Assembly (NCBI GenBank): GCA_965113315.1
Contig: OZ220366.1
DNA length: 64,000 nt
Reading direction: 5' to 3' (one strand)
DNA from: Podarcis vaucheri
Taxonomy: Eukaryota
Position numbers and translations under genes: made by a program. Of this stretch, positions 63,930 through 64,000 are shown piece by piece; position 1 is the stretch's first letter, and each line of letters starts with the position of its first letter. The notes beneath the pieces are model-generated. The model was not told the DNA's origin. It did no database searches and saw only the letters and a list, made by a program, of their open reading frames with translations.

Positions 63930-64000
63930 TCATCATTCTGGGGGAAAATGACAAGTGGGGTGCCGCAGGGTTCTGTCCCAAACCTGTTGTTCAACATCTT
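63930..64000 (+). mobile_element. CR1-type reverse transcriptase fragment at the window edge
   Basis: Translates to ...WGKMTSGVPQGSV..., the conserved SGVPQGS RT motif. Confidence 0.65.

Noticed and set aside
61709-64000. Further upstream MOSPD2 exon (CRAL-TRIO end or acidic linker)
   Set aside because: I found no segment translating to the expected sequence with proper splice sites. It probably lies beyond the window.

Overview
Vertebrate genomic DNA, most likely a squamate reptile (probably a lacertid lizard, inferred from Sauria-type SINEs, BovB and the other repeat families). It has two assembly gaps (15956-16177, 55113-55282). The only protein-coding gene I can support is the 3' part of MOSPD2 on the minus strand: six coding exons from 61708 down to the stop at 52140, encoding the linker, MSP domain and tail-anchor helix, followed by a roughly 2.4 kb 3' UTR. 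Positions 1 to about 49.7 kb look intergenic and hold SINEs, LINE fragments (CR1, L2, Rex1/Babar, BovB), Tc1/mariner and hAT MITEs and a possible solo LTR. The most striking structure lies in a MOSPD2 intron (55283-57553): three fold-back (divergent inverted-repeat) copies of a Penelope-like retroelement 3' end, separated by (TA)n. Together they carry six minimal hammerhead-ribozyme motifs, three per strand. Each fold-back unit has its own diagnostic variants shared by both arms. A second Penelope-like family forms a similar hammerhead-bearing fold-back at 7.5 kb. All family assignments come from my recall of known sequences and motifs, not from database searches.
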